Positions 48,846 to 58,439 are shown, counted from the first letter of the stretch. The stretch is 64,000 nucleotides of DNA from Chitinophagales bacterium (GCA_046329865.1 JAXLTW010000015.1:10935-74934); one strand, 5' to 3'. Translations and numbers: made by a program. The notes: generated by a model from the sequence alone, not told the origin.

Positions 48846-49296
48846 CCAAGCTGTTGTTGATTTGCAACCAACAAACTGCTGTCCGGTCATCAAGCAATAA
48901 CCCAAAATAGAAGAAAAAGAAAGAGTTTTTAGCTTTTGATTTCGTGTCCCACACCAAGTTTTCTCCTCGTATCTCGTCGAAAGGACGCAGTGTGCTATGG
49001 AAAAGAGGAATATTTTTTTTATTGCACTCTGTCTTCTCGACCAACGGGAGAGAACTTGCTTATGCTTAGCCCACGCCTTTGTTGGTTTGCAACCAACAAA
49101 CTGCTGTCCATCCATTCATCAAGCAATAACCCAAAACATACAAGAAACAGGTTTGCTTTTAATTCCTAATATACACGCCAAGTTTTCTCCTCGTCCCTCG
49201 TCGAAAGGACGCAGTGTACTATGGAAAAGCGGAGTATTTTTTTATTGCACTCTGTCTTCTCGACCAACGGGAGAGAACTTGCTTAAGCTTAGCTAA
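48846..49296. repeat. Two tandem ~225-bp units, each with a GTTGGTTTGCAACCAAC hairpin and a long imperfect ~40-bp-arm hairpin
   Basis: Unit A is about 48846-49070 and unit B about 49071-49296. GTTG(A/G)TTTGCAACCAACAAACTGCTGTCC lies at 48856 and 49081. CAAGTTTTCTCCTCGT...GTCGAAAGGACGCAGTGT(G/A)C pairs with GCACTCTGTCTTCTCGACCAACGGGAGAGAACTTG around an AT-rich ~27-nt loop. Confidence 0.75.
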
Positions 49297-49358
49297 ACAA
49301 AACTTAGGCACAAACCTCATAGGTTTTGCGTGGCTTCAGCTCTTTCAGTCGACAGACT

Positions 49359-51100
49359 TTATAAAATCTCGTTCCAGCTTTTTTTATCTTTCAGCAGCAG
49401 TTCACGCAGCATACCTACCGGCATCATGCCGTTATCCGTCATGGCATCATTGAATTTTTGCAACGTATAATTGCTGCCTTCCTGTTTTTTGTAGTCTTCG
49501 CGCAGTTTCAGGATTTGCAGTTTTCCCAGCGTATAAAACAGGTATCCCGGGTCATAAGTACCACGCAGTGCCTCCTGTCTGGATGGCTTGTCACCCTGAT
49601 ACCAGTTATTCATAAAAAATGTAGTGGCTTCATCCACGTTCATGCCATTGCAGTGGGTGTTGATGGATACGCAGAGGCGGCAGATGCGCAGCAGCGCCTC
49701 GCCGGACTGACCGAGTTTGTATTTAGCCGCTTTTACCGGGTCGCCGTTATTGCCAAAGCCTTCGTCCACCATCATCTTTTCGGTATAGTGCGCCCATCCT
49801 TCCGTAAAGGCATAGCTGCCAAATATTTTCTGGACTTTAGAAGCCCCGGAAGCGTTGAGGTGCAGGAACTGTGTATAATGCCCCGGATATGCTTCGTGTA
49901 TGGAAACGATATCCGTTGAGTAGTAATTAAATTGCGCCAGCCAGTCTTCTTTCTGTTTTGCCGTCCACTTCGCATCTACCGGCGTGATGTAGTAATAGGC
50001 TTCGGTGGCTTTTTCCTCAAACGGCCCCGGTGTATCCATGGAGGCTGTACTGGTGGAACGGGCATAAACGGGTGTTTCTTCCACCTTCACGCGCACTTCA
50101 GAAGGCATCGTGATAATTTTCTTATCAATCAGGAACTGGCGGATGGACTCCAGGTTTTTGATGGCATCCGGTATCAGGCTCTCAGCAGTCGGGTGTTCTT
50201 GCTGCATATCATTGTACACATCTACCGGTTTTTTGTTCGGGTTGATGATATGTGCAGCGGCATTGAACGATTCCTGTTCTTTTTTCAGTTCTGCCATTCC
50301 GATTTTCAGAATATCTTCTGTGGACATGGTAATTCCTTCACTGTACAACAGCATTTTTGGAAGTTCTCTTTTCCAATGGCATAGCGGTTGTGTGCTTTTG
50401 GCAGTTTTTCCTTTTCCAGATACGACGCATAATCTTCCATGGCGGCAATCGCTTTTTGGTTAGCTTCATTAAAGGTTTTCATCAATGAATCATTCTTCAC
50501 GTCTTTGAGTGCCATCACTAGCTCATTTTTCAGAAAACCAGCAGAGCCTCTGGCGATGTCTATGGACAGGTTGATATAAGGCAGGGCAAGAGAATCATTG
50601 AGGTTGGCTTTCGCGGCAGCAATGATTTCAGGCGTTTTGTTTTCTATGTTGATAATGGATTGGATGCGTTGTTCCAGCGGTGCGAAGTTACGTTTGATGT
50701 AAATGTTGACATCCGCTGCGTTGGCATAGGTCATCGGATTTTTAGAATAACTTTGCAGGTCTTCAAAATAGAAGATATCATTTTTTACCGCATTTCGCAG
50801 GATACGCCAGTCATAATAATTGCTCTGATTCAACGTACTGCTGTCCATTTCTGCTAACTGTTTGTCATAGGACTTCAGCCATTCCAGTTGTTTGTCCAGT
50901 CCGGCTTTACTGTAGTCGGTGGTTTTTCCATCGTATTGGTGCAAACCCAGATAAACACCGTAAGATGGATGCCAGTCAAGGTATTCGGAAATAAATTTTT
51001 CAGAAAATGCTTCAAAATTCTTATCAGAATTTTTGTGATTACCTTTGCAACCGAACAGTAACATTACTGAAAATAAGATGAAAGTGATTCGTTTACTCAT
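49359..51100 (-). pseudogene. DUF885-family lipoprotein split by one frameshift in an A-run
   Basis: N-terminal ORF 50306-51100 has the lipobox LLFGCKG. C-terminal ORF 49359-50354 has HEAYPGHYTQFLH, typical of DUF885. The junction ENFQK | MLLYSEGI would be in frame if the A5 run (T5 on the + strand at 50345-50349) were A6. Confidence 0.7.
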
Positions 51101-51168
51101 GACTTAATATTAGTGGATTAATCGGAATAAAGATATTGAATAGGAGTCTAATAAAGAATACAGGCGTA

Positions 51169-52038
51169 TTATTTCAGCAATTTGGCATCATCTCCGGCTT
51201 GTAATATGCCCTCTCTGTCTTTGAACGACTGAAAACAATACAGATGCATCTGTGCAACGGTTCTTTTGTCGTGCATCAGATCCATACCCCGCTGCCAGGA
51301 TTCGGTTCGCAATATATCCACCACGGCATGAGTGGTAAATCCCGTTCCGAGGATTCCGTCTATAAAATCGCCGATGCCGAACAATTTAAAAGCTTCGTCG
51401 GCATTTTTAACATCGTATTGCAGCCGCATTTCAGCGGCGGCTTCCGGATAAGCGCCAGCGATAAAATCGGTATACGCCTTAAACTCCTGTTCAAATTCAT
51501 CTTTTGCCTGAATGTTTAACAGGACAAAAGGAATATCATAAGTGATGTGTGCATTGATACCCGACATGGCGAGGTGTAAAATAGAGTTTTGATTGTCGGC
51601 GACGCGCTGGTAATAATTATTCCATGCCGGTTCTATGGAATCACCAAGCAAATAGGCATGCAGGTTGCGGATATAGTGTTTGGCAAATTCATTCATAAAT
51701 GCCCTGCCATCTGCCGCATGCGGAGTGGTGGAGTGAATAAGGCTGTTGTAGGCAACATTTGTGATGACATTATACAGCGTAGGAAACGCGCCGGCCCTGT
51801 CGTTGTATTTATTGAAAAGCAATACCATTTCATTCATGCTGTATTTCAACTCGGAGATGGTGTAAATTTTAGTCGTGTCCGAAAGCTTTAGCAGGCGCAG
51901 GTAATCTGCATCACTGTAAAAAGTGGTGCCGCTCCCGCTGACAACAATATGCTGTTGGGATAATAGGGGCGTAGCTGTTTTTTGACAGGAGCTGAGAAGC
52001 AGGACAAAAGCAGATACGAAAAAAATCTTATGGTTCAT
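51169..52038 (-). CDS. Lipoprotein of unknown function (possibly DUF5995-like)
   Basis: Lipobox LLLSSCQ. The NAHITYDIPFVL and FAKHYIRNLHAYL stretches resemble DUF5995 as I recall it. The family call is weak. Confidence 0.5.
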   Translation of the reverse strand: MNHKIFFVSAFVLLLSSCQKTATPLLSQQHIVVSGSGTTFYSDADYLRLLKLSDTTKIYTISELKYSMNEMVLLFNKYNDRAGAFPTLYNVITNVAYNSLIHSTTPHAADGRAFMNEFAKHYIRNLHAYLLGDSIEPAWNNYYQRVADNQNSILHLAMSGINAHITYDIPFVLLNIQAKDEFEQEFKAYTDFIAGAYPEAAAEMRLQYDVKNADEAFKLFGIGDFIDGILGTGFTTHAVVDILRTESWQRGMDLMHDKRTVAQMHLYCFQSFKDREGILQAGDDAKLLK

Positions 52039-52087
52039 ATATTAAATCTACTAAATGCAGCTGAAATATACAATATCCGGGAAGGAA

Positions 52088-52894
52088 TTATTCAGCTGCC
52101 GAAGCCTTCTTCTTGTCTTTTGTCGGGAATCGCATGGATAATCCCATGCTGGCGATAATGCGGGGAGATTGTTTGATAAACCCGGCGCCGACAGATGCGT
52201 CGAATTGCAGCCATTTGTTAAACAGATAGGCAAAGCCTGTATTAACACGCCCGTCGAATCGTTTTCCATGCGGATAAATCCCAATCACTTCAACAAATAG
52301 TTTCATCTGCTGGTGCTTGTTGCCGGTTTTTTTTATCCGTGTTGTCCAGCTGCTGGCGATGGCAAACAGATAGGTGGGTTTGGCATCTTCGCCATTCCAT
52401 TCAAGTCCATAATTATAAGAGAGTCCGAAATTTTTAGGTAAAAACTGCTCCATACAAATTTTGAAATACGGGGCAACATATCTTGTTTTGAAGTTTTTGG
52501 TGGAAATGATATTTACACTGAGTCCGCCGATAAATGAACTGCCCGGTGCATAACGTTTGGCATCTATCATTTTTATTTTCATGCCGATATAAACCGGATG
52601 TAGTCCCGATGCAGAACTGTCGCTGAATTTATAGGTAGTCGCATCGCCGTGGACACGCAATTCAAAATATGAACTGATACCATATTTCAGAAAAAAAGCA
52701 GGATGCTGGATTTCATGCAGTCCGGTATAATTTTTATAGGCGGCACCGAATTCAATCTGCGCCTTACCTTTGGGTACCAGCAAGATTCCTTCGTAAAAAG
52801 CCGGCCGGGTACTCGCAAAATGGTACACAGAATCTTGCGCGAGCACATAAAATGTGGTCATCAGAAGCAGGGAAAGCAGTAAATTCTTTTTCAT
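52088..52894 (-). CDS. Outer-membrane beta-barrel channel (MetA-pathway/transporter-like family)
   Basis: Signal peptide MKKNLLLSLLLMTTFYVLAQ from the internal ATG at 52894. Alternating beta-strand pattern with IEFGAAY and FELRVHG motifs. Confidence 0.55.
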   Translation of the reverse strand: MKKNLLLSLLLMTTFYVLAQDSVYHFASTRPAFYEGILLVPKGKAQIEFGAAYKNYTGLHEIQHPAFFLKYGISSYFELRVHGDATTYKFSDSSASGLHPVYIGMKIKMIDAKRYAPGSSFIGGLSVNIISTKNFKTRYVAPYFKICMEQFLPKNFGLSYNYGLEWNGEDAKPTYLFAIASSWTTRIKKTGNKHQQMKLFVEVIGIYPHGKRFDGRVNTGFAYLFNKWLQFDASVGAGFIKQSPRIIASMGLSMRFPTKDKKKASAAE

Positions 52895-52948
52895 TGTATA
52901 AAAGTACAAAAAGGAACTAGTTTATATGCGCACTTTTTTTGTAAGTTT

Positions 52949-53476
52949 ATGACAATTAATTTTATGAGCTATCAAAAAAAATTAGAAGAGCGTGTAGTCC
53001 GGCATGAACGTGTTTTTATTGCGGATAATGCCAGGGTATTGGGTGATGTGGAATTGCACGATGATGTATCCATATGGTTTGGGGCGGTTTTGCGTGCCGA
53101 CTTTGACAGTATAACGATTGGCAAACGGACCAATGTGCAGGAAGGTGTCATTATGCATGTTGATTTCGGAGGCCCTGTCATCATCGGTGAAGATAACCTG
53201 ATTGGTCATGGCGCCATGATTCACGGTGCGACTATTGGCAATTGTAACCTGATTGGTATGCGGGCTACCATCCTGAACGGTGCTAAAATCGGGAATGGAT
53301 GTATCATCGGTGCCCATGCACTCGTGACGGAAAATATGGTGGTGCCGGACGGCAGTATGGTGCTAGGTACGCCCGGAAAAATTGTGAAAACACTGCCGGT
53401 GGAAATCGTAAAAGAAAAGGTGCTGTTTGGTGTGGAAGAATATCTGAAAGAAAAAGAATTGTATTTAGAAAAATGA
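52949..53476 (+). CDS. Gamma-carbonic-anhydrase-like / hexapeptide-repeat (LbH) protein
   Basis: FIADNARVLGDVELHDDVSIWFGAVLRAD...ITIGKRTNVQEGVIMH...IGHGAMIHGATIG: left-handed beta-helix hexapeptide periodicity. Confidence 0.8.
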   Translation: MTINFMSYQKKLEERVVRHERVFIADNARVLGDVELHDDVSIWFGAVLRADFDSITIGKRTNVQEGVIMHVDFGGPVIIGEDNLIGHGAMIHGATIGNCNLIGMRATILNGAKIGNGCIIGAHALVTENMVVPDGSMVLGTPGKIVKTLPVEIVKEKVLFGVEEYLKEKELYLEK

Positions 53477-54438
53477 AAATACTCATCCTGCGGTTTTCTT
53501 CCATCGGCGATATCGTATTGACGAGCCCGGTGATACGTTGCCTGAAACAACAGCTGCCTGACAGTGAAATCCATTATCTGACCAAAACGCACTACAGCCA
53601 AATACTAGAAGCGAACCCGTCTGTTTCAAAAATATATTCCATTGAATCGGATGTTAAAGAAGTCATTGCTCCGCTTCGGGCGGAAAAATATGACGTCATC
53701 ATCGACTTGCACAACAATATACGCTCCCGTCAGATTTCATCGGCATTACAGGTGAAGACCTATCGCTATAACAAACAACGGTTTAAACGTTTCCTGTTTA
53801 CGCAGTTCAAGATAAATCTGTTGAACAAACATGTGGTAGACCTTTATTTTACGGCTGTAGCATCCTTACATGTCATCAATGACGGAAAAGGATTGGACTA
53901 TTTCATTCCGGAAAAGGATGAAGTGTCCATACAGCAGTTGCCGTTTACTCATCTGGCCGGCTATTGTGTGATAGTGGTGGGTGCGAAGCATTTTACCAAA
54001 CAGATTCCCATGATTAAACTGGAAGAATTATGCAGCAAGATTAAAATACCCATTCTGTTGATGGGAGGAGTGGATGAAGTATATCTGGGCTTGCAGTTGG
54101 AAAATAAAGATCCGTTCAAGATTTCCAGTGCATGTGGCAGGTATAACATTAACCAGGCGGCATCGATAATAAAAAAAGCGAAATTTGTTATTACGCCGGA
54201 TACAGGCATGATGCATATTGCGGCAGCTTTTAATAAACGTATTATCTCTATCTGGGGTGGAACAGAAAAACAATTGGGTTTTGCGCCTTATGCCGTCAAT
54301 ACAGCGAATTCAGTGATTATAGAAAATAATAATCTTCCATGTCGTCCCTGCCATCGCTATGGATTGGATAAATGTCCGAAAGGCCATTTCAAATGCATGC
54401 TGGACCTGGATATGCAGAAGGTGATTGATGTGATCTAA
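53473..54438 (+). CDS. Glycosyltransferase family 9 (heptosyltransferase-like)
   Basis: MKILILRFSSIGDIVLTSPVIRCLKQQLP with an ATGA overlap to the upstream stop, and TPDTGMMHIAAAF. The ORF-track start 53299 is an out-of-context extension. Confidence 0.8.
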   Translation: MKILILRFSSIGDIVLTSPVIRCLKQQLPDSEIHYLTKTHYSQILEANPSVSKIYSIESDVKEVIAPLRAEKYDVIIDLHNNIRSRQISSALQVKTYRYNKQRFKRFLFTQFKINLLNKHVVDLYFTAVASLHVINDGKGLDYFIPEKDEVSIQQLPFTHLAGYCVIVVGAKHFTKQIPMIKLEELCSKIKIPILLMGGVDEVYLGLQLENKDPFKISSACGRYNINQAASIIKKAKFVITPDTGMMHIAAAFNKRIISIWGGTEKQLGFAPYAVNTANSVIIENNNLPCRPCHRYGLDKCPKGHFKCMLDLDMQKVIDVI

Positions 54439-54838
54439 CCTCTTCGTCTTTCGAGCAGAATCATCATGATCAACCCTAACACCACCCGTTCTTCTTCTCC
54501 TTTTTAATTTCTTTGCAGAGTCTCCTGAACGGGACTCTGCGTTTAATCCACTCTTTTACCCACCCCTTGTCCCCTCCGAGGAGGGGAGATGCGGACAGAA
54601 GGTTTCTTTATGTAATTACTTTTTATAAAAAGTATAGAGCGAAATGAATTGCACTTAACTGTTTCCCCTCTTGAGAGGGGATTAAGGGGTGTGTAAATTG
54701 TTCATTTGAATAAATATTACTTTATTTTTAGAATAAATCCCACCCCTAGTTTGTGATTTTTTGGCAGCGTCTCTTGAAAGGAATTCTGCGTTAAACTGTA
54801 CAGGCATGGAATGACGTAAATGTCTTAATTTGGGTGAT
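54434..54838. repeat. Duplicated copy of the 3' end of the 54839-55303 gene, followed by a hairpin-rich insert
   Basis: 54434-54510 is about 90 percent identical to 54834-54912. The insert holds GCAGAGTC-N10-GACTCTGC, CCCCTCCGAGGAGGGG and CCCCTCTTGAGAGGGG palindromes, plus two related ~40-nt segments at about 54511-54553 and 54762-54800. Confidence 0.7.
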
Positions 54839-55303
54839 CTAACCTCTTCGTCTCTCAAGCAGAATCATCATGATCAAGCCTAACACCACCCGTTCTTCTT
54901 CTCCTTTTTCAAATTCATTGAGTTTATGAACGGCAAATTTTCTGCCCCAGAAGGAAGATTCTTTTTGCAACCGTATGACAGGCGTGCCATCGGGACGTGT
55001 GACAATATAGGAAGGATGGAAGAAATAACCCGACAGCATACCTAAAAATGGGATATCCGATAACAATGCATCCAGCACCTTCACCCAGGGATTTTCTTCC
55101 TGAATCAGTAAGTCCTGCATGTTGTTTTCATCATAGATTTCATAGCGAGCTTTCCAGATGGAAGCCCATCCTTTGCGCGCTATTTTACCAAGATAATTCC
55201 CAAAGCCGGTGGTGAAATTATAGGCAGCAGAAAAATCAAGCCAGCGGTCTGCATTATCGTGGAAATATGGTTTATCTTTATGTAAGTTGAATGAACACAA
55301 CAT
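54839..55303 (-). CDS. Hypothetical protein (154 aa)
   Basis: Open frame only; no family recognised. Confidence 0.45.
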   Translation of the reverse strand: MLCSFNLHKDKPYFHDNADRWLDFSAAYNFTTGFGNYLGKIARKGWASIWKARYEIYDENNMQDLLIQEENPWVKVLDALLSDIPFLGMLSGYFFHPSYIVTRPDGTPVIRLQKESSFWGRKFAVHKLNEFEKGEEERVVLGLIMMILLERRRG

Positions 55304-55332
55304 AAATCAATAATTGCCCGGAAAAGTTCCCG

Positions 55333-55800
55333 CTACTCATTATGATAGGGAAATCCGTGCAGAATGGTATAAGCCCGGTACAATTGTTCCATGAAAATCA
55401 GCCGTATCAACTGATGTGAAAAGGTCATTTTGGACAGGGAGATTTTATCATTGGCACGCGCATATATTTTCTCATCAAACCCCCAGGCACCGCCAATGAG
55501 AAAAATGAGTTTTTTAGTGGACGTGTTTTCTTTATGGAAGATAAACTGAGCAAATTCTACGGACGACAGCGATTTTCCATTTTCATCCAGTAGCACCAGT
55601 ATATCATCCGGTTTCAATTTGGCAAGTATTTTTGCGGCTTCCTGCTGTTTTATTACCAGTGGGCTGGACGGACCTTTCACTTCGGGAATTTCAACTATTG
55701 ATACGGGGGTAAACCGTTCCACACGTTTTAAAAATTCCGTGTATCCTTTTTGGGTAAAGTCCTGAAATGTTTTTCCTATCCACCAGATTTCTATTTTCAT
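55333..55800 (-). CDS. rlmH: 23S rRNA (pseudouridine1915-N3)-methyltransferase RlmH
   Basis: 155 aa. FLIGGAWGFDEKIY...SLSKMTFSHQLIRLIFMEQLYRAYTILHGFPYHNE matches the SPOUT RlmH C-terminal signature. Confidence 0.9.
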   Translation of the reverse strand: MKIEIWWIGKTFQDFTQKGYTEFLKRVERFTPVSIVEIPEVKGPSSPLVIKQQEAAKILAKLKPDDILVLLDENGKSLSSVEFAQFIFHKENTSTKKLIFLIGGAWGFDEKIYARANDKISLSKMTFSHQLIRLIFMEQLYRAYTILHGFPYHNE

Positions 55801-55918
55801 TTAGTACAATTTTTTAGTATGATTTGCAATAATTCCCATAAATCTCGGACAATAATCAGGGTAATTTGTTAAAAATTCACTTTTGCCGGAATATTTTACA
55901 TTTATTTTTCTTTAAGGT

Positions 55919-55950
55919 ATTGACATAAATCAATAATACTGTTATCTTTA
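55919..55950 (+). promoter_or_regulatory. Candidate Bacteroidota promoter (TTG, 21-nt gap, TATCTTTA)
   Basis: TTG at 55919-55921 and a near-consensus -7 box TATCTTTA at 55943-55950, 20 nt upstream of ATG 55970. Confidence 0.3.
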
Positions 55951-55969
55951 CTTTAGAATTCTAAGAGAT

Positions 55970-56182
55970 ATGGGCAGATTATTTACTCTTAGAAACATAA
56001 TCCCTCTCTTAATACTATTTATACTGGCAGGATGTCAGGAGGGAAATTATAGCAATAATTTTAACTATCAGAGCGATTTGCAGACGTTTTCCTCGGAAGA
56101 CAAGAATGATATCCCTCAACAGGTTGGTGAGGTGATAGATCCGGAAACGGGCAGGGTCGCATACAAGGTAGTCAGAAAATAA
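55970..56182 (+). CDS. Small lipoprotein (70 aa), unknown function
   Basis: Lipobox LILFILAGCQ. Followed by a strong terminator. Confidence 0.5.
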   Translation: MGRLFTLRNIIPLLILFILAGCQEGNYSNNFNYQSDLQTFSSEDKNDIPQQVGEVIDPETGRVAYKVVRK

Positions 56183-56199
56183 CCATGGAACTATGTAAA

Positions 56200-56236
56200 A
56201 AGAAAAGCCCCGCTTACGTGGGGCTTTTCTTTTTAT
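56200..56236. terminator. Bidirectional rho-independent terminator between convergent genes
   Basis: AAAAGCCCCGC-TTAC-GTGGGGCTTTTCTTTTT, with A-run and T-run flanks serving both the small lipoprotein gene and rpmA. Confidence 0.8.
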
Positions 56237-56260
56237 GTTAATCATTCAACAGAAGGTGTA

Positions 56261-56509
56261 TTATGCAATATGCACAAACGTTCTGTCTTTAAATCCTTTT
56301 TTGAACAACACTTTTCCGTCTTTCAACGCGAAAATCGTATGGTCTTTTCCAAGACCAACACCTTCACCCGGATGGAATTTAGTGCCTCTCTGACGAATAA
56401 TGATATTTCCGGCAATAGCCTCTTGACCGCCGTATAATTTAACACCTAATCGTTTGCTGTGTGATTCTCTACCGTTTCTGGAGCTACCGACACCTTTCTT
56501 ATGAGCCAT
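56261..56509 (-). CDS. rpmA: 50S ribosomal protein L27
   Basis: [29 protein letters not shown]...[13 protein letters not shown]. Confidence 0.95.
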   Translation of the reverse strand: MAHKKGVGSSRNGRESHSKRLGVKLYGGQEAIAGNIIIRQRGTKFHPGEGVGLGKDHTIFALKDGKVLFKKGFKDRTFVHIA

Positions 56510-56534
56510 TTTATTTGATTTTAAATGTTTGTAA

Positions 56535-56843
56535 TTAAGCTATCGTGTCAATCTTTACTTTTGTATAAGACTGTCTGAAGCCGTTTTTCACTTTGAATCC
56601 TTTTCTTCTTTTTTTCTTGAAAACGATTACTTTATCACCTTTGGTATGTTCAACGATGGTAGCTGAAACAGCCGCACCACTGATAGTAGGGCTTCCCACT
56701 TTTACACCGGCATCACCGGATACCATAAGCACTTTGTCAAAGTTTACTTTATCTCCTGCGTTGCCATCCAGCTTGTAAACAAAAATCTCCTGATTCTGAG
56801 CTACTTTAAACTGATGACCGCCTATTTCTACGATTGCGTACAT
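56535..56843 (-). CDS. rplU: 50S ribosomal protein L21
   Basis: [14 protein letters not shown]...[13 protein letters not shown]; conserved position upstream of rpmA. Confidence 0.95.
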   Translation of the reverse strand: MYAIVEIGGHQFKVAQNQEIFVYKLDGNAGDKVNFDKVLMVSGDAGVKVGSPTISGAAVSATIVEHTKGDKVIVFKKKRRKGFKVKNGFRQSYTKVKIDTIA

Positions 56844-56863
56844 GATTTACTTTTTTGGAGTTG

Positions 56864-56871
56864 CAAAGATA
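56864..56871 (-). promoter_or_regulatory. Candidate -7 box TATCTTTG (TAnnTTTG) for rplU-rpmA
   Basis: The reverse complement of CAAAGATA at 56864-56871 is an exact consensus match, 21 nt upstream of the rplU ATG. Confidence 0.35.
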
Positions 56872-57120
56872 GCTATTTTTTCCTGATTTTTAAATAGACA
56901 GTGTTGATTTTTTATTAAGTCAACAGGTTTTACACATCTATTAATTTATTTTGGTGTAATTTATTGATAAACACTATTTTGTGTTTAAGTTGTTTGCTGA
57001 ATATTGAAACAATGACAGATTTTTGTATTTATTTTTGTAAAAAAATGACTTTAGATTTGAATATCGTTGGTTCCAAAACGATTATTTCTCTTATCATCTT
57101 GTGGCATTTCAATTTAGTTT

Positions 57121-57150
57121 AGGGCGGAATATTCATTCCGCCCTCCTTTT
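57121..57150. terminator. Hairpin terminator candidate just downstream of the PhoD-like gene
   Basis: AGGGCGGAAT-ATTC-ATTCCGCCCT: a perfect 10-bp stem, with a T-run on the + side. Confidence 0.5.
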
Positions 57151-58424
57151 TATTTCAGTTCATCGGCCGGGATTTCATACGACCAGATTACCATTCCACG
57201 CTTGTTTTTTAATTCAATCCTGCATGTTCGCTTCTCTGCCTGACCTGTTACGCTGATTTTTCCATAATTATACGATGGGAAATAGGTGCCCGGCAGCTTG
57301 TAAGGGTTGATAAACTCACTGCTTTTTTTTCCTATTTTAACCGGATACATCGTTAGCGGTGAAGTGGTAAAATCGTACAGAGGATATAAATCCGTTTCCT
57401 TTATTTTCATCAGCTCGGCATGGTGCCTGTCACCGGAGATAAAGAGCACACCGGTAATATGGTGCTCTTTGATAAATGCAATCAGTCTTTTGTATTCATC
57501 AGCTGTTTTATAAAAACATTCTTTTTTGCTTAACGGATTCAGCGCCTGCATGCCAATGCAAATAAACTTAAACGTTCCCGTGGATTGCAGCAGTTCATTT
57601 TCCAGCCAGTGGAGTTGCCGGTCGCCTAATACGATGTTCTCCTGTTCATTATTGTATCGGTCATCCAGCATAAAAAACTGACAATCCTGTTGCCTGAACG
57701 TAAAGTAATTAAAGGAGTCGTTTTTGGGATTGGGCCAGAACTGTTGAAAAACAGTTAAGGAAGACTCCTTGTATTTAAATGAACCATCGCTGTTATTAGT
57801 GCCGTAGTCATGGTCGTCCCAGATAGCATACTGATGTCTGGAATGTAGAAACCCACTGAGTTTCTTGTTCAGGCGTGTTTTTATATTTCGTTTTAGTTGC
57901 GCCTTGTAATTTTGTCGTTGTAAAACATAATACAGATTATCTCCCAGCCAGGCCATAAAGTCTGTGCTATCATTTGTCATGGTTTTAAAAATCTTCAGAC
58001 TGTTAAATGGTTTGATAGCCCTGTTAAATCCTGTTCCGATAAAAGCGCAGGATCCGGCCAAAAAGGAAAAATCGCCAATGCTGTCTGAAGTGGTATGTGC
58101 GCTTATCAAAGGATAGAAATCCTTGTTGTCAAACGAATATTGTATGTGATAGACATGATTGTGAGAGAGTCTGTCAAACTGCGCATTAACCGGCAGATAC
58201 TTCCTGAAAGAGTGTTCTTTTTTGTAAAGATATGGTTTCGCAGCTTGCCCGTCAATTTTCAGGTAAACAACAGCCGTCTTTTTAAACATGCACCACACAT
58301 TGATTTCGTGTCGGGTAGTGTGACCGATAAATGGTTTGGAAACTAATTTTTGAGAATAGAGACCAACATGAAGGAATAGAAACAATAAGGTAAGAAGTAG
58401 TTGATTTATTCTATTGTTATCCAT
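57150..58424 (-). CDS. PhoD-like (alkaline phosphatase D family) metallophosphatase
   Basis: Signal peptide. Motifs GDNLYY, WDDHDYGTNNSDG and ISGDRHHAE are metallophosphoesterase/PhoD-type. Confidence 0.75.
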   Translation of the reverse strand: MDNNRINQLLLTLLFLFLHVGLYSQKLVSKPFIGHTTRHEINVWCMFKKTAVVYLKIDGQAAKPYLYKKEHSFRKYLPVNAQFDRLSHNHVYHIQYSFDNKDFYPLISAHTTSDSIGDFSFLAGSCAFIGTGFNRAIKPFNSLKIFKTMTNDSTDFMAWLGDNLYYVLQRQNYKAQLKRNIKTRLNKKLSGFLHSRHQYAIWDDHDYGTNNSDGSFKYKESSLTVFQQFWPNPKNDSFNYFTFRQQDCQFFMLDDRYNNEQENIVLGDRQLHWLENELLQSTGTFKFICIGMQALNPLSKKECFYKTADEYKRLIAFIKEHHITGVLFISGDRHHAELMKIKETDLYPLYDFTTSPLTMYPVKIGKKSSEFINPYKLPGTYFPSYNYGKISVTGQAEKRTCRIELKNKRGMVIWSYEIPADELK

Positions 58425-58439
58425 TGCTTCGGTATTCTG

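Noticed and set aside
48816-49453. ORFs 48816-49115(-), 48835-49044(-), 48936-49169(+), 48997-49296(+) and 49214-49453(+)
   Set aside because: They lie entirely within the 225-bp tandem repeat and its hairpins, and the two units give near-identical peptides in both strands. This is repeat translation, not genes.
49458-50463. Plus-strand ORFs 49458-49919, 49932-50384 and 50110-50463
   Set aside because: They are antisense to the DUF885 gene, whose minus-strand product has clear family motifs. No signals of their own.
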